A program made the position numbers and the translations under genes. Shown one piece after another: positions 1 to 10,300 of a DNA stretch of 36,389 nt (position 1 is the stretch's first letter; each line of letters starts with the position of its first letter). The DNA is taken from NCBI RefSeq assembly GCF_001194135.2, contig NC_069000.1, positions 24,814,642 to 24,851,030 on the forward strand, given 5' to 3'. The DNA is from Octopus bimaculoides (Eukaryota). The notes below the pieces were generated by a model that made no database searches, was not told where the DNA came from, and saw nothing but the letters and a program-made list of their open reading frames with translations.

Positions 1-265
1 AAATTTTGGCTGTTTTTGTTACGCTAGCGCCTGCCATACAAGCACCAACAATTTGACTTCTTTCAAAGTCCAACAGATCTGTCATTTTAATGAATTTTAA
101 TTACCTTTTACTGATGATATCTGAAAACAAACAGCAATTTTAGCAAAACATATTAAGCAACACTAATAATAAATAAAAAATATAAAAATAAACAATCTTT
201 TGACGGTTTTATAGATATTTCAAAATTATGATGCTAGGTGTTTCCATTATTTTGTCCAACCCCTA
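1..265. mobile_element. Terminal part of a Tc1-like DNA transposon
   Basis: AGGTGTTTCCATTATTTTGTCCAACCCCT followed by a TA run; the reverse complement matches a Tc1-type TIR pattern (CAGGGGTTGGACAA...GAAACACC). Confidence 0.5.
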
Positions 266-391
266 TATATAATATATATAGAAATACCAGAACCCTTAGA
301 ATGGATGTTTAGCATCCAAGTTCCTGAGGAAAAGCCTAATTTGTGATTTCAAAAGGATTATATTTTCCTCAAAGTTACGAAGGAAAAATTC

Positions 392-615
392 GGATCTTGT
401 GAATTTTCTGAAGTCCTCTCCCCTACACCCTCGAAAAAGATTTTCCCCATAAATTTCCTTATAATCGTAATCTATACCGTTTGAAAGGTATTTATATAAA
501 ATTTCATTAAAAATATACCCTTTTCCCTAAAAATTATGAGGGATCTTGTGAATTTTCTGAAGTCCTCTCCCCTACACCCTCGAAAAAGATTTTCCCCATA
601 AATTTCCTTATAATC
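392..615. repeat. Direct repeat, period 149 bp (392-467 recurs at 541-615), abutting a gap
   Basis: GGATCTTGTGAATTTTCTGAAGTCC...CCTTATAATC is seen twice. Confidence 0.8.
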
Positions 616-659
616 NNNNNNNNNNNNNNNNNNNNNNNNNNNNNNNNNNNNNNNNNNNN
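616..659. other. Assembly gap (44 N)
   Basis: N run. Confidence 1.
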
Positions 660-1043
660 TTCTTTGGCTACTGACTAGCCAGAGCTATCTATCTGTCTGT
701 CTATCTCACTATCTCTCTCTCTATATCTATCTATCTAGATATCTATCAATCGTTCACCTCTGTTTGTGTCCGTAGAATTTATCAAATTAGAAAACGCAAA
801 TTTAATATAAAAATATATTTTCTGAAATTGCAAATTATTTAAAATATAAAAATATAATTTTCAACAGAGAGAATTTATCAAAAGAAAACAAATGAAGTTT
901 GAAGTTTAAAAATAATAGGATCGACCACTCACGACTAGCTAGCGCGGACGCGCGACTGTGCGCTCGGGACCACTCTCTGTGTTTTCAAACGCATGGATAT
1001 AGGTGTCGAATTTGTTCCAGTAACTTTCGAGTGATAGATAGAT

Positions 1044-1076
<33 letters not shown>

Positions 1077-1194
1077 TAGCTCGCTCCGGCCAGTCATGGT
1101 ATTAGCTGTCAGTAGCCAAAGAATCAACTCAAACCAGCAGTAACGTTCCTTGTCAGATTTTTCTACTTTCACTTCTGACAGCTAATACCATGAC
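660..1194. repeat. Overlapping inverted repeats with (GATA/GACA) microsatellites; foldback/MITE-like
   Basis: 660-674 is the reverse complement of 1108-1122; 1093-1112 is the perfect 20-bp reverse complement of 1175-1194. Confidence 0.7.
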
Positions 1195-2375
1195 AGTGCC
1201 TTTTTCGATTTCCTTAAGATAATAATTACAATAAAGGAAAGGATTCAGTTATTTGAATCGAATTCGGTTTATTACTAGTATTTAATTTACCAACTAATGA
1301 GGGACGAAGGACAAACCACTAGCGGGATTTGAACATACAACCTGGCTTGAAACTACATAGGATAATGCATTGAAATACTTAACAAGCTTTCTCCATTAAC
1401 TCTATATTTAAAGGACAGTGTAGCGGGTATAGTCCACTGTATCGGGTTCTCGTATGTACCTGTTCCCAATATTAATCCAGACTATCTAATTAAGTACAGT
1501 AAAATTGGTTGGGTAAGACAACCAAATACTGATGTTATTTAGTCGCAGGTCAGTCTTGATTGACCAGAACTATGGTTAAAAAGGTTGAAGCCATGACCAT
1601 CCTGTATTAATAATTAGTCGGGGTAGTAGGGCAACACTAGCCGGTGTATCCTTTTATTACAGCAAGGTGTGATTTGAGGGTAATGTGGCTGCGATTGCGT
1701 AGAAACTTCCCTCTTCGAATACTGTTGATGGGAGAGAGAAAGGTGTGAAATTGATGCCATTTTCAGAGACATTAGTGCAGTAAAATGAAACCATTCCAAT
1801 CAAGCATACAAAAGTGGGTTAAGTGATTGATTAGACAGAAAAGGAAGACGACTTCTTTAAGCATAATTCCTTTATATTTATATCTGCAAACAGAATTATA
1901 GTGGGCTCAGAGGTAAACAAGAATTCGATAGAAACATGAATTTGAGAGAAAATAAAACCCAAAACTCAGTAAACAATATTGATTCCAGTGCCACGTTTAC
2001 AAGAACGTAAAATATGAGAACTATTCTTTGAGAAATTGAAGAAACGGTTACGGAGTAGGAGGTAGCGAACATGAACTTAGTATGTGTGCATAACAAATAT
2101 TTGTTTAATATATTCACAAATATATAAATTTAAAATCTTCGTACGATAATGTAACATAATTCGTGTAATTAATAGGAGGAACTTAAAATGAAAATATAAA
2201 CAAAAACTTAAGGAAATTGTTTTGATAAACAAATGAAAAGAACTTTTTAGAGATTCGATGACTTAAATAAGGAAAACAAAAACAAGCAACAATTATATAT
2301 TGTAATTACTGTAAGAGTGAAAAATAAGTACATAGAATATAAGTTTAAAGAGATTATAGCTTTTTTTTGTCTAAC

Positions 2376-2432
2376 CTTTAAACCAAGAACAGCTTTAGAC
2401 AATTTGGTCTTCTTCATATCAGCGGCTGCCAT
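2376..2432 (-). CDS. MPHOSPH6: Probable first coding exon of M-phase phosphoprotein 6 (nuclear exosome cofactor MPP6): MAAADMKKTKLSKAVLGLK
   Basis: KTKLSKAVLGLK resembles the conserved MPP6 N-terminus (human KTRLSKNLLRMK|FMQR). An AAG|GTTAG donor falls right after the last Lys, where I recall the human first intron. No downstream exon is found in the window. Confidence 0.7.
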
Positions 2433-2744
2433 GTCAGATCATACACGTGCAACTGCCTTGAGACCGCTTCTCATATTTACACAATATCAGCTTTCACAAG
2501 GACCATTACCGACGATTATTATTCCTTGTTATTTTTCAATAAGTATAAGTTTCATATTTATATAGAGCCTATACTTATCGATAATGAAATATTTTTTATC
2601 CCTTTATCTTCTCTATGTAAAAAGAAAACAATAAATAAGGTTCCCGTTTTCAATACCGTAAGATGCCTTATCGGCTAAATTAGTTTTTGATTGCGCATGT
2701 GCTCTTAATCGAATGTGGTTCAAACAAAGTTTGTCGTCGGCACG
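2433..2744. promoter_or_regulatory. Putative bidirectional promoter/5' UTR region shared by MPHOSPH6 and DHODH
   Basis: 312 bp between divergent ATGs. Contains an E-box CACGTG (2444-2449), a DRE palindrome TATCGATA (2576-2583) and an NRF1-like TGCGCATGTGC (2692-2702). CpGs are visibly more frequent than in distal introns. Confidence 0.6.
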
Positions 2745-2774
2745 ATGGTTTCCAGTCAATGGACCCATGTTATC
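2745..2774 (+). CDS. DHODH: DHODH coding exon 1 ([10 protein letters not shown])
   Basis: ATG at 2745, 10 codons, then a consensus donor GTAAGT at 2775 in phase 0, in frame with exon 2. WTHVI resembles human exon 1 (MAWRHLK). Confidence 0.75.
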
Positions 2775-5435
2775 GTAAGTTAATTGAGATTACCGCCAGT
2801 AAGCTAAATCATGTTCAAGATTTAATTTTTAGGGATGGGGTTTGGCATTCTTAGTTATATTCATCTTAGCAGAAGACTTTGCTCCCATCAAAATCTTAAT
2901 TTACCGAATGTCAAATAGTTTAGGCGAAACGAAAAAGCGAGTTATATAATTCATTTTGTCGGAGCACTGTGTTTCGAAATTTATATGTTTAAATGCATGC
3001 TTTGTAGTTTAAAATCGACTTTGTAGTGTAGAAGAGATGAGTAACTCACTTAAAAAGACTTATTTTTTCATTATTCGCCCCACTTCAAAATAACTACCAT
3101 TTTAGCGCTTTTTTCCCCCGTACCTCGTTAATTTGTTTCGAATAATTAATTTTTATTTCTTCTTTCCTTTTGATAAATCATACATTCTAAACATAATCGG
3201 CAATCGAAACATCGTTGCATAATCAACTATTAAATATCTTTTTATACTAATTTCTATGTTGTTTTCTTTTACTGCTTTTTTTCCCTTTTTCTTTTTATTG
3301 AAGGTTGACTAGATTGACACCTTAGTGATCACAAAATACCTGATGGTCTTCTTCCCAGACATAAAAAAAAACTACCTCCCCAAACAACCTAAAATCTCAA
3401 CAAGATACTCGATATTTAAATAGAGTAGTCCAAATAACTAAATAATATATTTTAAATTCTAGTAATAAAACAGCAGGTAACTAACTTGAGGGTTCTTCAC
3501 TTTGTGTAGAGGAAAATGTAATTTGTTCACACCCATAGACTGAAATTAATTTATTTTTACACTTTTGGATGAGGAAAATTAGAAAAAAATTGACTTTCCT
3601 GTCTCTTCTCCAATAGTATTATTAAAGTAAATTGGAATGGGTTCTAATTTGATAATTAAATTCAAGCTGTGGCAGGTCATTATAAATGTTTGTCCTTCAC
3701 TACTGATCTTTTGCAGAAGTGAATGTGCGCGCAAATATTTGGGCATTGTTTACTTGCGCGCTAGTAAAGGACTTGAGGAAAGTTAATCTATTCTATTTAG
3801 CGATCGATCTTATCTCTAAACCAACCCTAACACACCAAATATCCGAATCATCTGGCATAACCACTGAAGTGTTTGTTGTGCCATCTCCTCTTTGTTCCCC
3901 AATAACTTTCTTAAAAGTGCATATATTTTTATGAAATTTTCCAGTTACAATTCTAAGTGGTGTAGATTGGAACAAACTGGGAAAAAAGTGTTATGTTTAG
4001 AAACATTCTACACCTTCAGGGACTTTGTTAAATGCATAGTTTTTAAATGAGAGTTTCCAGAGAAGTTTTCGAGAGTGTAAATTCCGATTATCTTCATAAA
4101 ACTTTGAAAAACAACCTTTGTTTTTGGGAAACATTGTCAGTGAAAGCACATTCTTATACTTTTGTGCAAAAGTGTGTCCAACCAACTTAGTATTCTCGTA
4201 ACTTTCTTTAAAATGCATATTTTGTAATAAAATTTACCTGAGATACCTTTTCGAGGGTGTTGTGTATGAACATCGTGATTAAATTTTGAAGCAAAAGACA
4301 AAAAAAAAAAAAAAAGCGTATTCCTGGAATATTTCACTAAAACGTACAAGTCGCGCGCGTGTTTGTGGAGGCAATGATATTCTAAACGAAAACAATGAAA
4401 ATTCTTTTCTCAATTTTGTCTGTTATCAGTGTTGGAAATGCATGTGGAAAATCTTACTGCATTTTTATACTTAAATACTATTTGGAATTATTTAAAAAAA
4501 TTAAAATATTTTGTGTACTGTAGAAGTATAACCAATTTATTGAACATAAATTTGAATAAAATCTTATATGGACCCCAGTTGAGAACCACTGCTCTGAATG
4601 AACAAGCTAAAAATCCTTACTTTAAAACAAATTGCTTCTATCAAATCCATTGCGATTCTTCTAACCAGTAACCCAAGAATATGGAATACAGCTATCAATC
4701 TCAGAAACATAACTTAAACAAATAGGTGCAGGCATAGCTCTGTAGTTAAGAAGCTTGCTTCCTAACTACATGATTTCATGTTCAGTCCCACTGCATGGCA
4801 TCATGAGTAAGTGCCTTCTGTAGCTGTGGACTCACTAAAGACTTGACTTTTAGGTGGATTTGGTTGGCAGAAACTGAAAGAAACCAGTCATTATATATAT
4901 ATTTATATATAAATATATATAAGAGACAAAGTGTACGTATGCTGATATATGTATGTATATATATGAGACAAAGTGTACATATGGCGCTATATATATATAT
5001 AAATAATACAAAATGGGACAAGAACGCAAAACACACACGCCAGCTTAATTTAATTCGTCCTTAGTCAAAAGACACCTGTTGTTATGTCCTGTTATTATTT
5101 TTATTGTATTTGTGTAACATTGTTGGGTTTTTTTCCGTCCTTGTTTTTGTATACATTCGCTGTTTTCTTCCAAGGAATCTAATGCTCTTAGCTTAGTTTT
5201 TCCTTGGGGCTGACCAGATTGGAGCAATATCGAGTATAACCAGCTGAAATTGCAAAGATACTCTGGATCTCGACTGAGGAAAGAAAACTCCGAATGACCT
5301 GTCCTTGTTTTCTTCGTATTGTCTATCTGGATGCTTTGTTGTCCCTTTCTTGTATCACCTAACTGTCTGGTTGTTTTGCGTTCTTGTCCCATTTTGTATC
5401 ATATATACACACACACACACATATATATATATATA

Positions 5436-5474
<39 letters not shown>

Positions 5475-7322
5475 GAGACAAGTTGTACGTACACCGCTAT
5501 ATATATATGTGTATATAAATAATACAGAATGGGACAAGAACGCAAAACATCCAGACAGGTGATACAAGAAAGGGACAAAACTTCCAGATAGACGATACAA
5601 AGAAAACAAGGACAGGTCATTCGGAGTTTTCTCTCTTCAGTCGAGATCCAGATTTTCCTTGCAATTTCGGCTGGTTATTCTCAATATTGCTCCAATCTGG
5701 CCAGCCCCAAGGAAAAACTAAGCTAAGAGCATTACATTCCTTAGAAGAAAGCAGTGAATGTATAAAAAAACAAGGACGGAAAAAACGAACGATGTTACAC
5801 AAATACAGTAGGAATAATAACAAGACAAAACAACAGATGTCTTTCGACTAAGGACGAATAAAATTAAACTGGTGTTTGTGGAAATAAGGCCTTACAGCTG
5901 GGATACAAGATTTCACAGGCACATGGAGGAATAACGATGTTGCACGCACAACGGCTGCCCAAGAAAGAAAGGTCAGGCTTGGCCGAACACCTTTAACGTG
6001 AGAAGGAAAGAGAGAGGTAGAGGCAGAGGGACAAAAGAATGAAGGAGGGGGCGAGAAAAATGACAGGGACACAGTGAAGTGAAAAGTGGAGGGAGGAGAT
6101 TGGAGCAATATTGAGAATAACCAGCCGAAATTGCAAGGATAATCTGGATCTCGACTAAAGAGAGAAAACTCTGAATGACCTGTCCGTGTTTTCTCCGTAT
6201 CGTCTGTCTGGATGTTTTGTCCCTTTCTTGTATCACCTAACTGTCTTGCGTTCTTGTCCCATTCTGTATTATTTATATATATATAGTGTCATCTAAATTA
6301 CAAAAAAAATGAAAATAACACTGACATCTCATTTTAACAGATATATTTACCAAAATTACATAAAAATATCTTGAAATACCAAAGAGTTAATTAATTTATT
6401 AAAATCACCATTGCCTTCAACCAGAGTCTCTAGATGACTTCAGAATCTCCTGCAGCTCCTCTGGACGATCTCTTTGTTTAAGTTGGTGAATGCTGCCATG
6501 ATCCTTGCCTTCAGTTCATCTTTGGTGTTACAAGGAGTTTTGTTGGTCTCTTACTCAACTGCACCCCACACATAAGGGGATTGTAGTCTAGAGAGTCAGT
6601 TAGTCAGATGTTAGGGGTGATATGGTCACAGAAATGGTCTGACAGCCATGACTGGGCTCTCCTGCTTGTGTGGCATGGTGCAAAGTCTTGTTGCCAGACA
6701 TAGGGTCTTCCAGCAGTCACCTTCTTGACCCAGAGCAGCACTACCTCCTCCAGGCACTTGATGAAGGCCTCCATGTTGAGTCTGAGGCCATGTGAGAAGA
6801 TGAATGGAGGCATAACATCACCATCACTAGTGATCACTCCACCATGATGTTGACTGGATGTTTGATTTTTATCGCTCTTGGTACATGTTTTGGGGACTCA
6901 GGTTGACACCCAACAGTCTGAAATGTTTGTATTGGAGCTTCTGGCATGAATGCCAAGCAGCACAGCATGTCGTTTCCAAATTTCTGGCAGAGTGAATTGC
7001 ATCATGGTGCTGTTTTTGTCACAGTTGGTGCACAACTGACCCTACTATACTGTATAGTCGACAAAAGCAAACATTGCGCATGCACAAAATTAAAAGTATG
7101 AAATGGTGCAATTTACCAATCACACCCTGTATATATGTGTGTGTGTGTGTGTGCTGACTAGGCTTTGGTAACACTGTGTGGTAAGAAGCTTGCTTCCCAA
7201 TGACATGATTCCAGGTTCAGTCCCACTGTGTGGCACCTTGGGTAAGTGTCTTCTACTATAGTCTTGGACTGACCAAGGCCTTGTAAGTGGATTTGGTAGA
7301 TGAAAACTGAAAGAGCCCTGTC

Positions 7323-7354
<32 letters not shown>

Positions 7355-10300
7355 TTCTTCCCCCATCGTTAGTTGACAACCGGCGTTGGTGTGTTTACAT
7401 CCCCATAACTTAGTGGTTCAACAAAAGAGACCANNNNNNNNNNNNNNNNNNNNNNNNNNNNNNNNNNNNNNNNNNNNNNNNNNNNNNNNNNNNNNNNNNN
7501 NNNNNNNNNNNNNNNNNNNNNNNNNNNNNNNNNNNNNNNNNNNNNNNNNNNNNNNNNNNNNNNNNNNNNNNNNNNNNNNNNNNNNNNNNNNNNNNNNNNN
7601 NNNNNNNNNNNNNNNNNNNNATATATATATATATATAGGGTCATCCCATAAATAATGTGGTTTTTTATACTTTTATTTTTCAAATTAAGATAAACGAAGT
7701 TCTTTTTTAATCTAAAATATTCTTTTCCTCATTTTCTACAATGCTCTTCCATCTATTTGGTAGACTTGCTAGGCCCCTCTTCCTAAATTCACTTGTCCAT
7801 GAAGAAAGATACTCCTCCACTACTATTCCGACCTCATCTACAGAATTCATGTTTTCCCTCCAAATGATTTTGAAGATTGTGGAATAAATGATAATCAGAT
7901 GGGGCAATGTCCAGCGAATATGGTGGGTGGAGCATTGTTTCCCATTCAATCTGCTCCCGTCTTTGGAATGTCATTCTCACTGTATGTGGTTAAGCATTAT
8001 CCTGATGGAAGAACACCTTTTGTCTTGAAACCAAAGATGGTTGTTTTTCTTGTAGTGCTGACTTACGCTGCTCAAGCTGCTTGCAGTAGATCTCCTTTGT
8101 TATCATTTAGTTTGGGTTTAAAAATTCAAAGTGGACTAAACCTTTCATATCCCACCAAACAGATAACAACACCTAACATGGTTGAAGACCTTCTTTAGCC
8201 TGGGTAGCCAGTGTTTCTCCTTTCTCTACACACTGCCTTTGGCACTTGACATTTTTATAAAGACCCCATTTCTCATCACCAGTCACTATTTGGTCAAAAA
8301 AAGGTTCATGCGTGAGACATGACAGCAAAGGAGAGCACACACACTGACACTCTGTGCATGATTAGACTTGGAAAGTTTGTGAGGAAACCATTTTGCTGAC
8401 TTTTCCAATGGCATGCAGATGTTGATGGATGGTTGAATGACCAAATCCAAGCTTTTCTGTTAGTTCCCCAACAGTTGCGATGGGATTTTGTTCCACCAGG
8501 GTTTACAGGACATCCTTGTCGAGCTTTACAGATCTTCCAGCACAGGACTCATCTTCTTGGCTGTAGTTTCTGCCTCAGAATTTCTGAAACCACCATTGAC
8601 ACTGTCTTACGCATATTGTCTGATTCCCACATACTGCATTAATATTTCCTGCACTTTCTATTGCATTGTTGCCTTTATTGAACTCATAAAGCAAAATATG
8701 TCAAATATGCTCCTTTGTCACTTCCATTATAGCTTTGAAAAAAATAACTTAAAATCGAACTGCACTCTCAAAACTCGCACTAAAAATAAGCACAAGGTAA
8801 AATTACTACCTGTTTTTATAGCAAGTTGACGCAGGTAGTTTATCCTGTCTCCCTCCAACTTTTAGTTCATACAATTGAAAAAACCCCATTATTTATGAGC
8901 AAATTCAACGACTGGCACCCATGTCAACCATCCTTCATTGGACACTAAACTCTGCTTGCGAAGAACTGTTGAGGCAAGTGAAATCGAAATCGTGTTGGCA
9001 CCTGTACCAGTGGAGCGCTAAGAGCACTATCCGAGCATGATCATTGCCAGAGCAGCTGTCTGGCTCCTGTGCCAGTGGCACGTAAATAGCACCATTTAAG
9101 TGTGATCATTACCAGCGTCGCCTTACTGGCACTTGTGCCGGTGGCATGTGAAAAAACATTCAAGCGAGATCAATGCAGGTGGCACGTAAAAACACCATTT
9201 GAGTGTGGCCATTGCCAGTACCGCCAGTGGCACGTAAAAGCTCCCACTACACTCTCGGAGTGGTTGGCGTTAGGAAGGGCATCCAGCTGTAGAAACTCTG
9301 CCAAATCAGATTGGAGCCTGGTGTAGCCATCTGGTTCGCCAGTCCCCAGTCTCAAATCGTCCAACCCATGCTTGCATGGAAAGCAGACATTAAATGATGA
9401 TGATGATAATTGATATATATATATATATATATATAGTGTTTAACCCTGCCTATATTTAGATTGAATGAATGTGGTTATTAAGCTTTCACTTTTATATTAT
9501 ACTATGGAAGACTAGGGAATAAAATGTATGACTTAAAGGTTTGGTCGTTGTTTTGTTACATATTTAGCAGTTGTTTATTGATTTACTTATTGAATTTATT
9601 TACCAATACTGTTGTACATAGGGTAAATGTGTTTGAAAGTTGTGGTTTCTATGATATGTTTGTTCCCAAACAACTCTTATTTTAGTGCTGTTGAAACCAT
9701 AATGATATCCATGGGATAGTTGATGATGGAGGTATGTTGGATTGTTGGTATGACTGTTTTTGTATACGTGGAATAGTATTATAACACATCCTTTTGATAT
9801 GTTTGTGAGAGTTGGCCTCTTACAGCTGACATGAAATGAAGAATCCAGACATTTCAGCACAAGTGATTCAGAAAACTGTTACACATCCTATACACAGAAC
9901 ACAAAACAAACAGCTTTTTCCATCCAGACAAGCAAGGGGCACACTATAAAAAAATATCTCCTAACTTACAGTTTGTGTAGGTATACACACTGCAACTGTC
10001 ACACTCTGATCATGTTCACTTCATCTATTTTTGCTCTGACCACCACCCAAGGTGTATGGAAATAGACTGGTTAGTGGAGAGGCTGCAACTATATTTGCCA
10101 CACTGGTATTCATGTGATTCATCATTGCATCAGAGAGTATGCTGACAAAAGATATGGTGTATCTGGAAAGCTGACCTTTGGGTCATGTTTAGTTGTTTCC
10201 TATGCCATAGGATATCTCAGTCAGAACTGACCTAGCACTATACAACAACTCTAAAAAAAAATGTTATTCACGTCAATAAGTATTATAAATTAACTAAATA

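Noticed and set aside
392-615. 149-bp period repeat as a biological tandem array
   Set aside because: It ends at a gap edge, so overlapping contig ends cannot be excluded.
1896-2117. Minus-strand ORF containing KFMF as possible MPHOSPH6 exon 2
   Set aside because: The residues after FM do not resemble the acidic/W-containing MPP6 segment and the acceptor is weak; probably chance.
3500-4595. Possible hAT/Charlie transposon remnant (GTTGAGAACCACTG end near 4579-4592)
   Set aside because: No matching second terminus or convincing transposase motif seen.
5271-5302. CTGAGGA...CTCCGAAT hammerhead-like motif, present in three copies of the inverted array
   Set aside because: All copies have GAAT rather than GAAA, the G10.1-C11.1 pair is missing, and stems I and III cannot be formed.
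4782-5823. Many overlapping short Y/I-rich ORFs
   Set aside because: They are translations of TA/CA microsatellites and inverted repeat copies, not genes.
9070-9245. Regularly spaced GGCACGTAAAA units resembling a CRISPR array
   Set aside because: They are an internal minisatellite of the RTE 3' UTR repeated elsewhere in the window; eukaryotic context and no cas genes.
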